Part shown: positions 35,279 to 46,573 of the stretch, piece after piece
Layout of the letters: the number at the start of each line of letters is the position of its first letter
Position numbering within the stretch: position 1 is the first letter of the stretch
Assembly: GCA_965112735.1 (NCBI GenBank)
Contig: OZ218953.1
Coordinates: 868,001 to 932,000, forward strand
Reading direction: 5' to 3'
DNA from: Phaeosaccion multiseriatum
Taxonomy: Eukaryota; Protista; Ochrophyta, other classes
DNA length: 64,000 nucleotides
Made by a program: the position numbers and the translations under genes
Notes under the pieces: generated by a model
What the model was told of the DNA's origin: nothing
Database searches by the model: none
The model's input: only the letters and a program-made list of their open reading frames with translations

Positions 35279-38200
35279 ATGGAGGAGAATGAAGAAGCTG
35301 TAGCGGGGCAGCACAAAAGGATGGAACAGAACCACCTTTGTGACAGTCCTGAAGAGATTTCTGATTATCGATTTCTGGCGCACAGGGCTCTGAGAATACG
35401 AGTGGAAAGGCCGCAGGAGCGCACGACGACAATGACAGTGCCAGTGATTGGGACGACGAGACTTGGACGCAAGCCGGTGCTCTGGCAGATGCAGCCGCTG
35501 CGGCGGCACAACCAGCGACCGCTTCGAAAACTGGCACTCAAGCGAGAGTGGAGGCTGAGCTTGCAACAATCGCCGCAGCACAAGAGGAGAGGCGGAAAGC
35601 AACAATTGCAGGCAGCAAGGCAGGACTTGCTCAACCAGAAGGCGACTTTAGAAGATGCTTACAAAACTGGAGGAGGACGAGGCCGGCCCTCGAAGGGTAT
35701 AAGCGAGAAGAAGCGGTTGATTGCTGCAGCTATAAAAGGAATTGATGAGGATTTCCTGCTCCCAGCGGAGCAGGAAGAGAAGCGAAAGAAGGAGATGGAG
35801 GAGAGGAAGAAGAAGGGCTGTGACATGTCTTCGAGCGCAGACAGGGTAGATGGTGCAAGTGGTGACCACTTCGTAGGGTTTTCTTCGCCGCCCCTTGGTC
35901 GCACGTCTAAGCGGTACGTTCTCAATTATCGCCTCTTCGCCGCCCTTTCTGTACATACCTTGACACACTTTCTTGCCCCTGTTGCTCTCGCCCCCTTTCT
36001 ACATCTTTTCTTTGTGCTAACAGGGGTGAGAACGACAAGGATGAGGACGAGGAGGATGGTAATACGGGCGAGGAGGGGGGCGGTTGTGGTGGGGGAGGGT
36101 TTGGGACGAAGAATAGACCACCAGCGCAGACTGAGTTCATCAAGGTAGCACTCCAGGCGGCAAAGGATCAAGAGAAAGGGTTGCCTGCTTGGCAAACTCC
36201 CTACTTCAGGGCCTCGACGCCAAGCCGCCAGTCTGAAGTGGGGGGGGGTACGCCCAACGTGACGTGTATGTCCACCTCTTCCACAACCTTGGAGAGGACC
36301 ATCGACAGCCTCTTTGCGCATGGCATACCTCGTCAAAGTGTGTACAAGCTAAAGGATGGACGTCGCCGCAGCGGGCTGTGTATGTCACCAGCCTCGAGGA
36401 CAACTTTTTCATGGTGGGGACAAGGCATCGGTGTACAGAGCGATTGGAGGAGAAGAAACGGGTGAAAGCTGAGTACAACGAGGCGGAGAAGAGGAAGGAA
36501 ACATTGCAAGAGCAGGTTCGTGTGCTTCGGTTGTGTCTCATTTGCGCTACTCTCTGGGGCTTTTGATGAAGACGCCTCGCCTCTCTTCTTCGCCCTCCTT
36601 CCTTGTCCCCACCCCTGTTCAGATTGCCGCTCAGAAGAAAGCCGTTAGCGAGTACTCGACCTCCTTCTACTCCTACGACCCACGCGTCACCACAGCGTGT
36701 AAGGAGAACGTGTGCTTCCAGTGGGTGACTGCAGAGCTGCCTGGAGGATCAGCCGTGGGAGCAGGGGGAGCAACAGCAGGAGTAGGAGTAGTACGTGCTG
36801 GTTCTGCTGCTGCTGCTGGAGGAGGAGGAGGAGGACGAGGACGAGGAGCTGCTGCTGCTGGAGGAGGACGAGGAGGGGAAAGGGCAGCAGCAGCAGAAGT
36901 AGGACCACCGCCGGCACCAGCAGCCGCAGCACTGTGGCCTGCAATGGGAGGATCAGGGGCAGGACCGGCGGCTGGAGGATAGGGGGCAGGAGCAGCTGTA
37001 GCACCTGCAGACTCTGCTGCTGCAGAGGGTGGTGTCGCTCTCGGGGGGCGGAGGTGAGAGAACCCGCGAGACAGAGCTACGGAAGAGGAGGGAGGCCGAG
37101 AAAAGGAGAAGAACAGAGGCAGGCGCGGAGGGGAGGGAGAGGGCAAAGCTCCAGAAAAGGGCAGCGCGGCAAAGGGAAAGGGAAAGGTTACAGCAGGCTA
37201 AGCAGGGCCCTTCAGGGTGACTCTTACCTTTCTGTGTACGTAGTAATGGAAATAGTAATGGAAGAAGGGGAGGAGCGAGCAGCACCGAGGAGGAGGAGGA
37301 GGAGAAGGAGGAGGAGGAGGAGGAGGAAGAGGAGGAGGAGGAGGAGGAGGAGCTGCAGCAGCAGCACCAGCAGCAGCACCAGCAGCAGCTGCAGCCGCGC
37401 ACTGTGGCCGGCAACGGGAGAAAAAAAGAAGCAAGAGGAAGGCGCGAATAAACAGTTTCAGTTTCCTTTTTTTTCGTTTTTTTTTTTAACTTGTCGTCAC
37501 TGGACTATTATCATTACGAGCGCTCCACCTCTAATAAAGGAAGGCAAGAGCCCCCGCCTTATGCAGCGACGTGGATTGCGATTGGTAGTGTCCCATTACT
37601 TGCACAAGGTGCCTCTGTTTGGCTGCTGAACGGCGAGCGTGGCTGAGTGAGGCCCAGCATGCATGATCTGGCGCAAAAGGGATAATCCGATAATCCAGAA
37701 GGAGGACGCGGACAAGGAGGAGGGGCTCACGGACAACTGCGAGCTCAATGCCGACGAGGTGAGAGGAGAGAGAAGAGGCACACCGGCTTACGTATCATCG
37801 GGCATCTCTGCCTCTCCTTTTCAACCAACCACCAATGCTCAGTGCTTCTCTGATCTCTTTTGTGGGCCGGTTGTGGCTCTGACTGTGGCGGCGCTAACGA
37901 TTGGCTGTGATGTGTGGCTGCTTCCTGTTGCTTGCTGTCCTGTCCTCTTCTGTGCAAACAGCTTGGTTGGCGCACGTTTGCATGGATCATATAATGCAAA
38001 CAGACAGTTGGCCTTGTTTCCGGCCGGCCTTTCTGCTGGCAAGCACAAACTGGAGCTTGCCGGCGTCGTGGACAAGGGGGGTGTGGCCTTTATGCGCAAG
38101 CGGTACAGCGTCTGCCGTCGCAAATATTACCACGATGCAGAGCATGATCGCCGAGCAGCAGGGAGGAGGAGGAGGCATGTGGCTGCAATTTCATGCCGGG

Positions 38201-39610
38201 GCCGGGCATGGGAGGCCCCACGGGAGTGCCCCCCCCCTGGGATGGGCCCACCGCGGGCATGATGATAACTTTCCCTTTCCCGCCAGGTGAGTGAGTGCGT
38301 GAGTGAGTGCGTGAGTGAGTGAGTGAGTGAGTGAGTGAGTGACGGAGGGAGGGAGGGAGGGCGTGAGCGAGGGAGGGAGTGAATGAGAGACTGAGAGAGG
38401 GAGTGAGTGAGTGAGGGAGTGCGTGAATGAGTGGGTGAATGAGTGGGTGAATGAGTGAGCGAGTGAGTGGGTGAATGAGTGGGTGACCAACACGGAAGAG
38501 CGGGCGGTCGCAGAAGAGGAGAGAAGGGAAGAGAAGGGCGGATGGAAGGAGGCTGATCCTTCACTCCTTCGCCCGCCTTTTGTCTCTTTTGTCCCCTCCC
38601 ATGTCCCCCTCTCACTCCTTTTGCTTGCTCTGGCGAGGCAGCATTTGGGTGTTCCTGCCGAACCTTTTTGGCCTGAAATTGAGTTTCAGCTCATGAGGGG
38701 AAAAGAAATCTTTAGAACCCTATTACACTCAGCTGCCTGGGAGCTGCGGGGAGTGAAAAAACAGGCTATGGCCCGGGTGCTGGCACCCTCCCTTCAGCAG
38801 CAGCACTCCTACGAAGAGAGGTGAGCGAGAGGTTTGAGAGGTTGGGTAGGAGGAAAAGAGGGATGAGTAGCGGCCCGGGCAGGAGGAACAACAACTAGTA
38901 GCTACGCAACACCCTCTCTCCCGTTTGCGTCATTCTCCCCAACGACAAACTTACCCCTCCTGTGTGCTGTGGCACCTGCCTCAGTAACAGCCATGAACGG
39001 CGCAAGAGAGGAGAGAGAACTCAAGGCATGGAAACGTGCCTTCGGAGTCCTCCAGGCATGCGAACCATCCTTCCGACTCATCCTTTCATGGCCTGAAGCC
39101 TACGAGGCAGCTGCCGGACTCTGCCACGAACTTTTTCCACACAAAGCAGACCTTTGTGTGGAGGGCCAGGCTCACGCGCAAACGAGAATAAGGTGAGGAG
39201 CGAGAATGGGACAAAGAGAGGGCGGGGGGAGAGAGTGGTGAGAGCAGCAGCACACACTGGACACGCATCTCTGCTGCGCAGGGGAGAAGGGGAAAGAAGA
39301 CTTGAACTGCACTCTCTTGTTTCCCTTCCTGCCTGCGTGTTCGGGAAAGGGAAACTTGCCTCTCATCCCCTCTGCCTACCCTCTCGCCCCGCTGTGCTTT
39401 GGCAGCTGCCTCAGTGACAACACGTACGGCCTAAGAGAGGGAGAGAGGATGGGACAGGAGGCTTCCTCCGAACTGTTTGCCAGGTGGAGTTCATTGTTCT
39501 GCGAACTCTTCGACTCATATATGGTCCACATCGTGCACCTCGAGTTAGCCAAACCCAAGTTGTTGGGTTTGGCAGGTGTGCTACGCTCCAACGAACCATG
39601 TCAGGAAAAG
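35279..39610 (+). pseudogene. Degenerate transposase-like region (DUF6729-like N-terminus plus eroded MULE-like catalytic core), spliced and frameshifted
   Basis: Segments RDVYVHLFH..PLCAWH..KGWTSPQRAVYVTSLEDNFFMVGTRHRC, SFYSYDPRV, LFPAGLS..VVDK..FMR, QAMARVLAPSLQQQHSY, TAMN and HAQTRI resemble, in order, the motifs I recall for DUF6729-associated transposases. Catalytic Asp positions appear substituted and several frameshifts are needed. Confidence 0.4.
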
Positions 39611-40070
39611 GTGAGTAGTGAGTGTGTTTCTTTCTTCGTGTGAAAGGGGGGGCTTTTCTTGGCAGGGGAAGAAAGGGAGGAGAGGGGAGCGAGTCTTCCC
39701 TAGTGAGAGGGACTTCAGGGGGGAGAGAGAGAGAGAGTGAGCGGAGGGGGAGGGAGGGGCAACGCGGAAGGAGGAAAGTAAGGTAGTGAATGAGAGGCTG
39801 GGCCCTGATTCATGTATAATCCGTGGAGAGGAAGGTCCATCTCGTCCCGAGTTTGAGCAGTGAGGGAGGGAGGGGAAGGGATGGGATGGGACTTCTGTCG
39901 CCAGCTGTGACAGAAACGGACCTCCATCCATCTCTCTCACATCATTTCTTCCACATTTGCCCTTGCTCCCTCGTTTTGTCCTCCTTCTCGCAACAAAACC
40001 ACTCACCTGTATGTCCCACTGACTCTTTGCTTTCGTGCCTCGTCTGTCCTTTCGTCTTTGGTCCGGCGCA

Positions 40071-40565
40071 GCACTTGGACTCGCGGTTGGACTTGGACTT
40101 GGACCCAAACCGAGCAGGAGGGGCAGCGGCACCCGCGGCCAACAGCAGTAGCAGAGCGATTGGTAGCATTGGAAGCCTCGGAGGTATCGGCAGTCTCAGC
40201 GGTTCAACGGATAGTCTGAGTCAAGAGCAGGCTGGAGTGGGTATGGGCAGTGACGGTGGTGGTGGTGGTGGAGGAGGTTGTGGTGGTGGGGGAAGGGGGC
40301 GAGGAAGAGGAGGAGGGGGGGGGGAGGGGGCGAGGAAGAGCAGGAGGAGGAGGAGGAGGAGGAGGAGGAGGAGGAGGAGGAGGAGGAGGAGGAGGAGGAG
40401 CCACGCCCAGCGATGGCTCCGCGTCAGGCTCTCCGTCTGGACCGCCGGGTGAGGACAAAGGAGGGTGGATAGTTGTATCGTACGGAGGACGAAAGCACCG
40501 GCATGGAGCAAAGCCAGGCAGAGGGCCGGAGGGGCTGCCACAGACCGCCACAGGAGGAGGAGGAG

Positions 40566-40601
<36 letters not shown>

Positions 40602-43600
40602 GAGGAGGAGGGGGGAGACAAACTTCTGGCGAGAGCTCACAGCCCGTCAGAGTCTCCGCATCGAGGAAAAGAGCCCGCGGAGCAGCAGCAGGGGCAGCAG
40701 CAGCAGGAGGAGGAGGAGGAGGAGGAGGAGGAGGGAGGGGACAGGCATATTCGGACCGCCCATATCCTCCTCTTCCTCAGCTATGGGAGTGGATCCCCGT
40801 AGAAGCAGGAGGAGGAGGAGGAGGAGGAGGAGGAGGAGGAGGGGGAAGAGGAGGAGGGGGGAGAGGAGAAAGAGGAGGAGGAGGAGGAGGAGGAGGAGGA
40901 GGAGGAGGAAGAGGAGCAGGAGCAGGAGGAGGAGGAAGAGGAGGAGGACGAGGAGGAGGACGAGGAAAGGGGAGGTCACATCCAGCCGTAGTCTCCCCGC
41001 CGAGAAAGAGATCTCGAGGAGCAGCAGCAGCAGCAGCAGCAGCAGGAGGAGGAGGAGGAGGGGCAGGAGGGGGAGGAGGAGGAGGAGGAGGAGGCGGAGG
41101 AGGAGGAAGAGGAGCAGGAAAGGGGAGGTCACATTCCGTCATAGTCTCGCCACCGAGAAAGAGATCTCGAGGAGGAGCAGCAGCAGCAGCAGCAGGAGGA
41201 GGAGGAGGGGGAAGAGGAGGAGGAGGAGGAGGAGGAGGAGGAGGAGGAGGAGGAGGAGGAGGAGGAGGAGGAGGAGGAGGACGAAGGGGAGGAGGAGGAG
41301 GAGGAGAGGGAGGAGGAGGAGGAGGAGGAGGAGGAGGAGGAGGAGGAGGAGGAGGAGGAGGAGGAGGAGGAGGAAGAGGCGGAGGAGGAGGAGGAGGAGG
41401 AGCAGGAGGAGGAGGAAGAGGAGGAGGCGGAGGAGGAGGAGGAGGAGCAGGAGGAGGAGGAGGAGGACGACGAGGAAGAGGAGGAGGAGGAGGAGGAGGA
41501 GGAGGAGGAGGAGGAGGAGGAGGAGGAGGAGGACGAGGAGGAGGACGAGGAGGAGGACAAGCCTCTGGCGAGAGGTCACCGACCGGCACGCCCTCCCCGG
41601 CGAGAAAAAGACCTCGAGGAGCAGCAGCAGCAGGAGGAGCAGCAGCAGCAGCAGCAGCAGGAGGAGGAGGAAGAGGAAGAGGCGGAGGAAGAGGCGGAGG
41701 AGGGGGGAGAGGAGGAGGAAGAGGAAGAGATGGTGGCAGCAGTGACGAGGACTCTGACACTGAGCAGCAGGGGGAGCGCGGCACGGCGACGGCGAGTCCG
41801 AAGGTGGGGAGTAGGTAGCAGAGAGCTTTATCTTGCTTGCTTCTGTTTCCCTCAAGTAATTGGATATTTTTTTTGTGCTTGCTTTCATCGCTTTCCTCGC
41901 TCTCCCCAACAACAGGAGCCCACCCGCCGATCCACAAGGGTAAGGAAGCGCAAGGCTTTATCCAGCGATTACGAATTCAGCGACGATGGAAGCTCCTCTG
42001 AGGAGTGTGGGGCAACCGATGACGAGGAGTACAAGGGAAAGCAGAGAGGCAGGGGTGGACAGGGCAGCAAGAAGGTGAGAGCTTTTCTCTCTTGGCCTTG
42101 GCCTTGCCAGTATCACACTGAGAGAGTGTGGCTGCGTCCTCCCTGCCTTGCTCGGACCCTTCTAACACCCCTCTCTTCTTGACCCCTTGCTCCCGGTCGT
42201 GTATATACTGCCTCATCATGTGCGTCTTAACAGAAGGGGGAGGAGGACAAGGCAGAGGGGCAGAAGGCAGCTGTGTCGAGGGTAGTCCAGTCCTTCCAGA
42301 ACGTAGTGCCAAACTTCGTTGTGGACGTGGCCCGGCGTTGTCGTCCCTCAGGAGCACGGGCGGAGAGGAGGAAAAGGCAGCAGGTCCATGCTCAAGAAGA
42401 CAGGGCCAGCTTGACTTTCCAATCGGCAGACGCCGGGGGTAAGGTGCAGCTCTTGCGCAACAATTTCAGGTCATGGTGGCGGGCTGAGGAGCGAAACGCT
42501 TGCTATTTTTTGCCATTGATCGGCAAGCTCCGAGCCTTTGTGGTCGATCGTCCCACGGTCCTTGGTAGTGAGCAAGCGGTCATGATTACGGCGGTGCTCG
42601 AGGAGCAGAAGAGGGATGACCACACCGACTCCCAGCAGCAGCAGCAGCAGCAGCAGCAACAGCAACAGCAGCAGCAGCAGCAGCAAGAACACCACTCTTC
42701 GGGGAGAAGCAGTCGTGTAAAGTTCCGCATCTTCCTGATCGGAGACCTCACGGTGCGGGGCGTGGAGCAAGAGGGGGGAGAGGCGCCCATCACTCTGAAG
42801 GATATAAAGTTTCCGGTGGGGGGAGAGCGGGAGGAAAACTTTTCTTGTCTGGGTAAGCAGGAGGCGCCAAAGGCTGCAGCGGCCTTGCTCCAGCGCCTCA
42901 AACGGTCGGACGATTGCTTCGCCCTTGTCGTTAGACGGGAAAGTGGTGAGGGGGAGAAGAAGGGCCATTGCAGGGGTACGCTCCTGTTCAGCGCCCTCCA
43001 CTTGCCCATCGAAGACGTGCACCGGCTCAATGCAGTGGCACCCGACGCCATCACGAAAGAGGGGCCGACTGTGGCGCCGAAAGGGGGGCCGACTGTGGCG
43101 CCTGGCAAGCATTCTGTGAGCCAATTGGCGGATACATGTACGACCATCGCCGTAGCCGGGAAGCCCGACCTCGTGCCCAAGCTCGAGCAGTTGGCTGCGA
43201 AAGTGTTTGAGAAAGCGGTGGAGCGAGGAAAGGCAGGGGGTGAGCGGTTCGGAGCGATTGCTGCCGGCCTGCTCAACACGGAAACCGGCGCTATACTCGT
43301 GTCTGGCAGGCAGGGGCCGTGTAGAGCTCACCCCCAATCGGGTCTCCATGGCATCACCGAGGATGGTGCTCATGCTGAGCCAGATGTCATTTCCAGGGCA
43401 CTGCGGCGGGATGACTGGCATTGCAAGCAGGCGCTCGTGCTGGTTGTGTCCACAGCCCCATGTTATGCGTGCGCCAGATTCATTGTGCAAATTGTGACGG
43501 AGGGTAAGCTGAACATCACCCACGTCATTGCCGGAGAGGCTGAAGCCGTCGTTCGACTGGATGGAGTCGACAGACTGATGGAGACCAACATTCAGGTAGG

Positions 43601-44998
43601 TAGGGTAGTGAGAGAGAGACCCTCGCTCAGCCCACCTCCGCTGCCTTTCTCGCCCTCCAACTCACTCTCCTCCTGTGCTGTGGACTGACGCATGTACATG
43701 TGTGTGTGTGTGTGTCTGAAATGCAGGTGCTTAGAGACGAGGTGTTTTGTGCTAATCTCCTGCCCCGGTACACAGCGACGGCTATCCCCGACACCACCAT
43801 ATCGGCTCACTATGCGGCCGGGGAGGCAGATTGGCGCAGCTCCGCCGAGCTTCCTCTTCTGCTCTTCTCTAGTCCGGAGTGGCAGGAAGGGGGGGCAGGC
43901 GAGAGGCATCTCGAGGGGCCTCTCCGACGCTCGATGCTTCTCGCTCTGGCGGCGGTCGGCATGAATGCAAGAAGAAGCTGGACAGACATGGGCCGAGAGA
44001 AGCAAAAGCGGCTGCGACAGGCAGCGATGAGAGAGGGGGGGCGTGGCGCAGGCTCAGTGCCTCCGCTGTTGCTTGTGGGCTCGGATCTTATGCAGGTCCT
44101 GCTGTCAGAGAAGCAGGGCGGCGGAGAGGGCGGCGCGTCGGAGGGGAGGAGGAATGAAGACGCTGGCGCTGCTGCTGTGAGAGATGCGGCGAGTCAGTCC
44201 CTCCCCCTCCTCAACAGCAATGACGATGTCGTCGGAGGCTTCCAGCCTTGGTTCGACGCCGATCCCGATGTCAGTGCAGGGGTGGTATGTCTTCGACCGT
44301 GGGGGCTTCGTCTGCGGGAGGGACGGCCTTTTCCAGCTTCTTTGGTCCAAGGGGATCTGACACCCCCAAAGCAGGTAGAACTCAAGCTAGAGCAGAGGAG
44401 AGAGAAGAAGACGAAACACTTCTCAAGGCTGGAGCGCAGAACCGAAGAGCAGCGGTGGAAGGACGCGTGCAAGCGAGCTTCCTTCGGCCTTTTCGCTGGA
44501 GACCCACGAAAGGCTGGAGAGAAGGACTTGGCCGGCGCGCAGCGGACTCTCGACGGAGCTCATAAGAGGGGGAAGAGGATGACGGGGGGTCCTGCTTCAG
44601 ATGATGCGGAGGAGAAGAAGAAGAAGGAGGAGGAGGAGGAGGAGGAGGAGGAGGAGGAGGAGGAGGAGGAGGAGGAGGAGGAGGAGGAGGAGGAGGAGGA
44701 GGAGAAGCAGGAGGAGAAGGAGGAGGAGAAGGAGGAGGAGAAGGAGGAAGAAGCGACCTTCCGCGTGAGGGTCGCGAGCATCAAACTCCAGCCCAGCGCA
44801 AGTGTGCAGCGTGTGATCGAGCAGGGGCTTCATTCAAGGGGGCTGGCCGACAAGATTATGAATCGCACGGCACTTTTGGCGGCCGTGCTACCCCTCCTAC
44901 CTCGTTTTGTTTTGGAGGAGGGAGAGAGGGGCATGAGCAGCACGGGCGAGGAGGAGGGAGAGATGGAAGGGCCGGCTCCCTCCCCTACTAGCGACGCT

Positions 44999-45034
<36 letters not shown>

Positions 45035-46337
45035 CAGCAGCAGCCGCCGCAGCAGCAGCAGGAGCAGCAGCAGCAGGAGGAGAAGAAGAAGGGCCCACCG
45101 AGCGACATTTGCAACGACTGGAGGAAGCTGAGAGACGTTTTGTGGGCCTGGAGTCGGGCTCATGAGGCGGCCGGTGAGGAGGACACTGTTGATGATGCCG
45201 AGACTCTCATCCAGTGTGTGCGCGACGTTCTACTCAAACGTGATCCCTCGCTCCTCATCTCCATGGTGAAGGGGACTATCGTGGGCAAGGCGAAGCTCGC
45301 TGCCTTCCTCCCTGCTTTTCGGAGAATGGAGAAGCTTTTGGGTCTCGTGCGCAATGACGAGCTGCCGGAGGGCCAGAAGCGGGGGTTTACCATACACCCG
45401 GGTCAAACCTCCTACAGAGAACTTCTCGATCGATTCGAGACGTGCTTGGGTGTTTTGACGTCAGCCAGGTGCACCGACAGCACCCGACAGCAGGAGCTCA
45501 CAGCATGGGCATTGGAGTGCGTGGGAAAGGATGGAGACAAGAAGGTCATTCCCAACTCTTCAAAGCGGGGCAAGGGGAGGGGGAAGAAGAAGAAGAAGAA
45601 GAAGAAGAGCAAGCAGAAGGAGATAGAAGGGGCGCAACAGGCTGGGCGCACAAAACGAATGCGGGCGGGCTCTAGAAAGACACACGCTCAAGTCCAGGAG
45701 GAGCGGCTGAAGAAATGTGAGAAGCTTGGCACCGAAGTGTGGAAGAGCAGCGTGCGTGCTGTGTGGGGCGACATCGACGCCTTGTTGAGGAGGATACTGG
45801 CCCCGCTCTTCGCCCACGACAAGGAGTTTATGGGCCGAGAGGACAAAGTTGTAGGGGAGTTGAAGGAGCTTCTCGAGTCCGCATCCGAGGAGAACATGGC
45901 ATGGGCAACACTATTCGGATCAGAGTCGGCGAAGGGGCCAGGGAAGGAGGGGGAGAAGTTCCATCGCGACTTTGCCGGGAAGCTATTCTCCCTGCTCATC
46001 TCGGGACGGTATGAACGCTGCAAGCTGGTAAGTCTCCAGTACAGAAGGGGTCAAAACATGCAGCGCCTTGCAGCTGAGCTACAGCTGTATGTGTGTGTGT
46101 GTGTGTGTGTGTGCGTGTGCGTGCGTGCGTGTGTGTGTGTGTGCGTGCGTGCGTGCGTGTGTGTGTGTGCGCGTGCGTACGTGTGTGTGTGCGTGCGTGC
46201 GTGAGTGAATGAGTGCGTGCGTGCGTGCGTGCGTGCGTGTGTGCGTGCGTGTGTGTGTGTGTCTGTCTGTCTGTCTGTGTGTGTGCGTGCGTGCGTGTGT
46301 GTGTGTGCGTGTGTGTGTGTGTGCGTGTGTGTGTGTG

Positions 46338-46384
<47 letters not shown>

Positions 46385-46533
46385 GTGTATGCGTGTGTGA
46401 GTGAGTGCGTGTGTGTGTGTGTGCGTGCGTGTTTGTGTGTGCGCGTGTGCGTGCATGTGTGTGTGTGTGTGCGTGCGTGCGTGTGTGAGTGCGGGCGTGC
46501 GTGCGTGCGGGCGTGCGTGCGTGCGTGCGTACG

Positions 46534-46573
<40 letters not shown>

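Noticed and set aside
40777-41937. Poly-proline formin/extensin-like ORF on the minus strand, and poly-Arg/Leu/Ser alternative frames
   Set aside because: Shadow translations of (GGA)n repeats. Only the + strand Gly-rich frame connects by splice sites to downstream exons.
42273-43688. Deaminase as a stand-alone host tRNA deaminase (ADAT) or RibD gene
   Set aside because: The ORF has no ATG start of its own, splices in phase on both sides, its last beta-strand is completed by the next exon, and it lies inside the TIR-bounded element. Still needs cDNA confirmation.
46087-46090. Alternative splice donor CT|GTATGT for the Fanzor gene
   Set aside because: A phase-2 join to the 46856 acceptor gives a stop within about 21 codons. 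The GTAAGT donor at 46028 is the better consensus and keeps the frame.
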